Source: Candidatus Uhrbacteria bacterium CG22_combo_CG10-13_8_21_14_all_47_17 (GTDB lineage: Bacteria; Patescibacteriota; Patescibacteriia; 2-12-FULL-60-25). From it: DNA of 41,179 nt. The DNA lies in the NCBI GenBank assembly GCA_002786495.1, contig PCSZ01000039.1, positions 16,163 through 57,341 on the forward strand, read 5' to 3'. A model generated the notes under the pieces. It was given only the letters and a program-made list of their open reading frames with translations. It was not told the origin of the DNA and did not search any database. This document shows, one piece after another, positions 36,512-41,179 of the stretch. How positions within the stretch are numbered: position 1 is the first letter of the stretch; every line of letters begins with the position of its first letter. The translations under genes and the position numbers were made by a program.

Positions 36512-36751
36512 CTATGGATAAATCTGATTGCCTTCGTTATCGTAAACAATAATGGCCTGCGTAGGACAAGATTGAGCCGCAAGTAAAATTGTCTCATCAT
36601 CGGCACCTTTTTGATCAACGATATACGCTTTATTTTCTTCATCGAGTTGAAAAACGCCCGGTGCAACCGTCACACAAGGCGCCGCACCAATACAAAGATC
36701 ACGGTCTACTTCCACTTTCCCGATTTTCAAGACTTTCTTTTCTTCTGACAT
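36512..36751 (-). CDS. small single-cluster ferredoxin (79 aa)
   Basis: DRDLCIGAAPCVTVAPGVF...AAQSCPTQAI (CxxxxxC...CP) pattern; start taken at MSEEKK (36751) to avoid overlapping nifU. Confidence 0.8.
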   Translation of the reverse strand: MSEEKKVLKIGKVEVDRDLCIGAAPCVTVAPGVFQLDEENKAYIVDQKGADDETILLAAQSCPTQAIIVYDNEGNQIYP

Positions 36752-36764
36752 ATAGTGGATTGCA

Positions 36765-37448
36765 TTATGCGCCAAAATGCTTCTCTTTGTAAAATCGAAG
36801 GAGTTGTTCAACATCGGGAATACAAGAGGGATCTCCCGTTCCAACTTTTATTTTTTCTTGAAGCTTCTCAAGCGTATCCGCACCTTCAAGAACCGCTTCT
36901 TCGATATCATGGTCCGTAATTTTCAAAACTTTATCAACTAAGCGTCCATGTTCAACTTCCACCCGATCATGCTGTCCGGACTTGCGAAAATAGTCATTGA
37001 TAGCCGAGCGAAGCGCTTTGTCTCCAAGAACGGAGCAATGCACTTTTCTTGCCGGCAAACCACCAAGACGCTCCATAATGTCCTGCGGGCGAAGTTTAAG
37101 CGCGTCCTCCACAGGCATGCCACCCTCTTCGGTAATCATCACAGAAAGCATGGAAGTCGAAGCAATCGCGGAAGCACAACCAAATGTTTTCCATTTGAAA
37201 TCTTTAATCCGCTCAACACCATCGATCGTTTCAATCTTAAGCCACACCTTCATTGCATCTCCACAAGCCGGCGAACCAACCATGCCAAGATATGCTTGTT
37301 TATAACTGGCTTCATCTTCAAGAAAGTTCTTCGGAGAAAAGAAATGCTCTTTAACCATGTCCGTGTAAAACCAGCCCTTTCCTTTTGCAGGAGTTACAAC
37401 GTCGCCTTTTCGCGCTTCATGTGTTGGTTTGATAATCGGGTCTGACAT
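36765..37448 (-). CDS. nifU: NifU/IscU-type Fe-S cluster scaffold with BFD-like [2Fe-2S] domain
   Basis: GSPACGDAMKVWL, FKWKTFGCASAIASTS and HCSVLG scaffold cysteines; the C-terminus ITDHDIEEAVLEGADTLEKLQEKIKVGTGDPSC is BFD-like; the ATG at 37448 is preferred over the TTG at 37466. Confidence 0.9.
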   Translation of the reverse strand: MSDPIIKPTHEARKGDVVTPAKGKGWFYTDMVKEHFFSPKNFLEDEASYKQAYLGMVGSPACGDAMKVWLKIETIDGVERIKDFKWKTFGCASAIASTSMLSVMITEEGGMPVEDALKLRPQDIMERLGGLPARKVHCSVLGDKALRSAINDYFRKSGQHDRVEVEHGRLVDKVLKITDHDIEEAVLEGADTLEKLQEKIKVGTGDPSCIPDVEQLLRFYKEKHFGA

Positions 37449-37452
37449 AGGA

Positions 37453-38697
37453 TTATTGTTTTTCAAAATACTTCATATCAAGATTCACCGGGCTCATGTG
37501 CCGCAAACGTTCAACCACGCCCGGCATGACCTGAAGCACATGCTGAACATCTTCTTTCGTTGTGGAGCGCCCAAGCGTAAAACGAATGGAACCATGTGCT
37601 GCTTCATAGGACAGACCTGTTGCAAGAATGACATGCGACGGGTCCAGAGAAGAAGAAGCACATGCGGAACCGGTTGAAGCCATAATGCCTTCCGCGTCAA
37701 GATAGAGAATGGCTGCCTCGCCTTCAATATCAAGAAAAGAAACATTAACATTATTCGGTAGCCGTTTTGTTGTATGTCCGTTTAAGACGGATTTTGGAAT
37801 TGTAAGGAGTTCTTCGGCGAGCGCATCTCGCAGTACCGTCAAACGAGAAGACTCCTCTTCTCGAGAGGCCTGCGCAAGTTCGAAAGCTTTTGCGAGGCCA
37901 ATAATACCGGGAACATTTTCCGTTCCGGAGCGCAGATTTCGTTCTTGTCCGCCACCGATAATCAGAGGAGCAAGTCGAATGCCTTTGCGTATGTACAACA
38001 GCCCAATACCTTTGGGGCCATACATTTTTGAAGCATTCAATGTCAGCAAATCAACATGCGTTTTTTCAACATCAAGATCAAGATAGCCAGCCGCCTGACA
38101 AGCATCTGTGTGAAAAAATGGATATGGTGTCTCTCGCTCTTTTCTCCAGGAGAGAATGGCACGGCCAGTATCTGCAATCGGTTCAATCGTACCGATTTCA
38201 TTATTCGCCATCATTATGGAAACGAGTAGCGTATTTTCTTTTAGCGCCTTCACGACATCTTGAGGCGCCACCATCCCCTGACGATCCACGTCGAGCACGG
38301 TTAGCTCGATCTCCCCCCGCTTCTTTAAAAATAACAGCGGTTCAAGTACGGCATGATGTTCAACGGAGCTCGTAATCACATGCGGAATCGTTTCCTCGCC
38401 AAGTTTTGCCCGAAGAGCGTCGAGATGTACCTTTGTCCTTGGAATACCTAGAACAGCAAGACTGTCTGACTCCGTACCGCCTGAGGTAAAAATAATATTT
38501 TCCTCCTGCGCATTCAAAAGCGAAGCAATGCGTTTTCTTGCTTCTTGCACCGCGCGCTTCGCCTCTATGCCAACCGAGTGGAAGGAAGATGGATTCCCGT
38601 ACACGGAAGAAAAATAAGGTAGCATCGCTTCAAGTACGCGCGCATCAACCGGCGTAGCGGCTGCATGATCCAAATAAGAAAGAGAAAGAGACTTCAT
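37453..38697 (-). CDS. iscS: class I cysteine desulfurase (IscS/NifS)
   Basis: 414 aa from the ATG at 38697 (ATGA overlap with the Rrf2 stop); YLDHAAATPVD, SGGTESD, PLP-Lys region LTLNASKMYGPKGIG and active-site loop STGSACASSSLDPSHV. Confidence 0.95.
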   Translation of the reverse strand: MKSLSLSYLDHAAATPVDARVLEAMLPYFSSVYGNPSSFHSVGIEAKRAVQEARKRIASLLNAQEENIIFTSGGTESDSLAVLGIPRTKVHLDALRAKLGEETIPHVITSSVEHHAVLEPLLFLKKRGEIELTVLDVDRQGMVAPQDVVKALKENTLLVSIMMANNEIGTIEPIADTGRAILSWRKERETPYPFFHTDACQAAGYLDLDVEKTHVDLLTLNASKMYGPKGIGLLYIRKGIRLAPLIIGGGQERNLRSGTENVPGIIGLAKAFELAQASREEESSRLTVLRDALAEELLTIPKSVLNGHTTKRLPNNVNVSFLDIEGEAAILYLDAEGIMASTGSACASSSLDPSHVILATGLSYEAAHGSIRFTLGRSTTKEDVQHVLQVMPGVVERLRHMSPVNLDMKYFEKQ

Positions 38698-39113
38698 AGC
38701 GTGTTTTTGATGATAGAAGAAAGGGTTGTGTCCTGCAGCGTTTTTCTCAGGCTTGCGTAAAGAAAATTCCACAAGGCTTTGCTCTGACAAGCTCCTTCAA
38801 CAGGACATCCGTTTGAGTGGCAATCAACCAATGCCAACGGGCCTTCCACGGCGCAAATAATTTCTTCCGCCGTGATTTCATTCGGAGCGCGTTTAAGGCG
38901 GTAACCACCACCCGGCCCTTTTCTCCCCTCAATGAGATCGGCCCCGCGCAATCGTAAAGCGATTTCTTCCAAATAGCCGGAAGAAATATGCATACGGTCT
39001 GCAATTTCAGAAAGTGAAAGAAAAGAAGTCGGATCAGAATAAGCACTCGCAAGCTCGGTCATAAGAATAAGACCGCTATGATGCCGTTCGGAAACGCGAA
39101 AAAGAGAATTCAT
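38694..39113 (-). CDS. Rrf2-family transcriptional regulator (IscR-like)
   Basis: 139 aa; wHTH LSLSEIADRMHISSGYLEEIALRLRGADLIEGRKGPGGGYRL; Cys triad CHSNGCPVEGAC. Confidence 0.9.
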   Translation of the reverse strand: MNSLFRVSERHHSGLILMTELASAYSDPTSFLSLSEIADRMHISSGYLEEIALRLRGADLIEGRKGPGGGYRLKRAPNEITAEEIICAVEGPLALVDCHSNGCPVEGACQSKALWNFLYASLRKTLQDTTLSSIIKNTL

Positions 39114-39123
39114 GAGAATAAAA

Positions 39124-39155
39124 GTAAAATTCCTAGCCAGTGACTAGGAATTTAC
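39124..39155. promoter_or_regulatory. AT-rich palindrome between the ATPase stop and the Rrf2 start: candidate Rrf2 operator and/or terminator
   Basis: AAATTCCTAG (39127-39136) - 7 nt - CTAGGAATTT (39144-39153), perfect 10-bp arms; 10 nt upstream of the Rrf2 ATG. Confidence 0.5.
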
Positions 39156-39197
39156 TCTTCTGAAAAACAGTCGTCAAATCATCAAAGAAGACTGCCT

Positions 39198-41177
39198 TTA
39201 TACGGGTCGCAGAGAGCGCGAAATACGCAAACTATTTGCGAGCACGCTGACGCTCGAAAATGCCATTGCTACTCCGGCAAAAAGCGGATTCACAATCCCA
39301 ATCATCGCAAGCGGAATTAAGATGATGTTATACGCAAAAGCCCAAAAGAGATTTTGTCTCACTGCCGAGAAGGTTTTACGCGCAAGACGAAGCGCCTCCG
39401 AAACTTTCATAGGCGAACCGCCCATCAAAACGATTTGTCCCGTTGCAATAGCAACTTCTGAACCGGTGCTGACCGCGATACCAAGGTCTGCTTGTGCAAG
39501 CGCTGGGGCATCATTCAGACCATCACCAACAAAGGCAACCGCTCTTCCTTGCGCCTGCAATTCTTTTACGCGAATTGCCTTATCCATAGGAGAAACTTGA
39601 GAAAAAATTTCTTCGATGCCCAACTGTTCGGCGACAGCTTTTGCCGTCGCTTCATGATCTCCCGTAAGAAGCGCCACATGTATGCCCTGTGCCTTAAGAG
39701 AAAGAATGGCCTCCTTCGCATCGGCTTTTATGCGATCTTGCGCCGCAATGGCGCCAAGAAATTCCGCATCTCTACTGACAAGGATTACCGTCTTTGCTTC
39801 ATGACGAAGCACGGTAATTCGATTTTTCTCCGCATCCGGAATATGAACTTGGTTTTCAGATAAAAAAGCTTCCGTTCCCAGTCGAATCATATGACCATCG
39901 CTTTCACCCTGAATACCTTTTCCTGGCGTGGCCTCATATTTCGTGAAAGAGGCAAAGCTGGCTCCGCGCTCTGTCGCTGCAGAAAGCACAGCTCCGGCAA
40001 GCGGATGTTCTGATGAAGCTTCAAGTCCCGCTGCGAGAGAAAGGAGCTGCTGCTCAGAAATCGTTTCTACCGGAAGAATATCCGTTACGGTCGGGAGGCC
40101 CTGTGTGAGCGTTCCCGTTTTATCAAAAACAACCGTTTGAATATTACGCGCCGCTTCAAGCGCGGAACCGTCTTTTACAAGAATGCCCCGCTTCGCTCCA
40201 GCACCGGTGCCGACCATAATAGCCGCCGGCGTCGCAAGTCCCATCGCACAAGGACAAGCCACAATAAGCACCGCAACCGCATGACGAATGGCTTCACCAA
40301 GCGGTACATGAAGAAGGAACAGCCAAGTCAAAAAAGTAATAATGGCCAAGACAATAATTGTCGGAACGAAGACGGCGCTCACCTTATCAACAAATTTTTC
40401 TACAGGAGATTTTACGGCAAGCGCATGCTCAACGGTTTCAACAATCGCGTCCAGCATCGTTTTCCCCGCTTCTACGGTAATTTCAAAAGTAAAACTTCCG
40501 GTTTTATTGATTGTCGCACCAAAGACGTCATCTCCAACGCGTTTTTCCACGGGAATCGGTTCTCCGGTTAACATGGACTCATCTACGCTCGAAGAGCCTT
40601 CGACAATACGACCATCCGACGGAATAGCTTCTCCGCTTTTCACGAGACAGCGATCTCCCAATTGCAATTTACTCGGTTCCACGTCTTCTGTCTTTCCATT
40701 TGAAGTAATGCGATGTGCAAGTTTTGGATGCAAAGTAAGCAGCGCTTGAATTGCTTCTCCCGCTTTTTGTCTTTGACGTGCTTCAAGAAATTTTCCAAAC
40801 AAGAGAAAGACAATAATGATTCCCGCACTCTCAAAATAAATTTCTCCGCCGACAAAAAGCGCAAACGTGCTCCAAAGCAATGCGCTCCCCGTTCCAACGG
40901 TTACAAGCGTATCCATCCCAACGCGCATATGGCGAAGCTCCTTCCAGGTTCCTATGTGGAACTTTCGACCGGCACGCGCGACCAAATACCAAGCGATGCC
41001 AGCAATGAGCACTCTCCACGCGGAAACACCCAAAACCGTTCCAATATCCGGTTCATAAAACATTGTCAGAACAAGCGGGAGAGCCAGGACAGCCGCTAAT
41101 ATAAGGCCGTTTTGCGTCACATATCCGCCATGCATCATGTGATTTCCTCCCTCATGCGACATCTCCCCCTGGTTCAT
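39198..41177 (-). CDS. copA: P1B-1-type copper(I)-translocating P-type ATPase (CopA-like)
   Basis: CPC in TM6 ([13 protein letters not shown]), [20 protein letters not shown]7 N-x6-YN-x4-P ([14 protein letters not shown]) and TM8 P-x6-M-x2-SS-x5-N ([18 protein letters not shown]). The ATG lies 2 nt from the window edge, so the N-terminus may extend further. Confidence 0.9.
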   Translation of the reverse strand: MNQGEMSHEGGNHMMHGGYVTQNGLILAAVLALPLVLTMFYEPDIGTVLGVSAWRVLIAGIAWYLVARAGRKFHIGTWKELRHMRVGMDTLVTVGTGSALLWSTFALFVGGEIYFESAGIIIVFLLFGKFLEARQRQKAGEAIQALLTLHPKLAHRITSNGKTEDVEPSKLQLGDRCLVKSGEAIPSDGRIVEGSSSVDESMLTGEPIPVEKRVGDDVFGATINKTGSFTFEITVEAGKTMLDAIVETVEHALAVKSPVEKFVDKVSAVFVPTIIVLAIITFLTWLFLLHVPLGEAIRHAVAVLIVACPCAMGLATPAAIMVGTGAGAKRGILVKDGSALEAARNIQTVVFDKTGTLTQGLPTVTDILPVETISEQQLLSLAAGLEASSEHPLAGAVLSAATERGASFASFTKYEATPGKGIQGESDGHMIRLGTEAFLSENQVHIPDAEKNRITVLRHEAKTVILVSRDAEFLGAIAAQDRIKADAKEAILSLKAQGIHVALLTGDHEATAKAVAEQLGIEEIFSQVSPMDKAIRVKELQAQGRAVAFVGDGLNDAPALAQADLGIAVSTGSEVAIATGQIVLMGGSPMKVSEALRLARKTFSAVRQNLFWAFAYNIILIPLAMIGIVNPLFAGVAMAFSSVSVLANSLRISRSLRPV

Positions 41178-41179
41178 CT

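Overview
Gene-dense ~41 kb bacterial chromosomal window using the standard genetic code (TAG, TGA and TAA all terminate clearly real genes). My guess is a small-genome, uncultivated lineage (Patescibacteria/CPR-like). That guess rests on gene content, a 23S-5S unit without a 16S, an rRNA insertion and many unassignable secreted proteins, and it cannot be proven from this window.

Housekeeping content:
- trmD, a KH-domain protein and rpsP
- a short, hinge-less smc
- rbfA, a DHH phosphoesterase and clpP
- a SpoIID-domain wall protein, a MOP flippase and a phosphodiester glycosidase lipoprotein
- rlmH, tRNA-Leu(UAG) and epmA-efp
- rpsF-ssb-rpsR
- Rrf2-iscS-nifU-ferredoxin
- a Cu-type P1B ATPase

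Unusual parts:
1. A GC-rich cluster of long coiled-coil proteins (30.6-36.5 kb). It holds two paralogous bitopic membrane proteins, a Trm11-like methyltransferase and a cNMP-barrel-like coiled-coil protein. This is my best candidate for an undescribed system, but the function is unknown.
2. Two divergent PP2C phosphatase paralogs bracketing three small unknown genes (21.1-25.0 kb).
3. An AT-rich tract of decayed lipoprotein/serine-protease genes (13.1-14.6 kb). It abuts a GC-rich segment with a broken CofD/YvcK-like gene that ends just before the 5S gene.
4. A 56-nt perfect hairpin inserted in 23S domain I, plus a 26-bp processing stem flanking the 23S.
5. A near-consensus CIRCE operator on the clpP promoter.
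6. Several consensus promoters placed 6-11 nt from the ATG, implying leaderless mRNAs.

I saw no CRISPR array, transposase, integrase or reverse transcriptase. All homology calls come from motif recognition by eye, not from searches.
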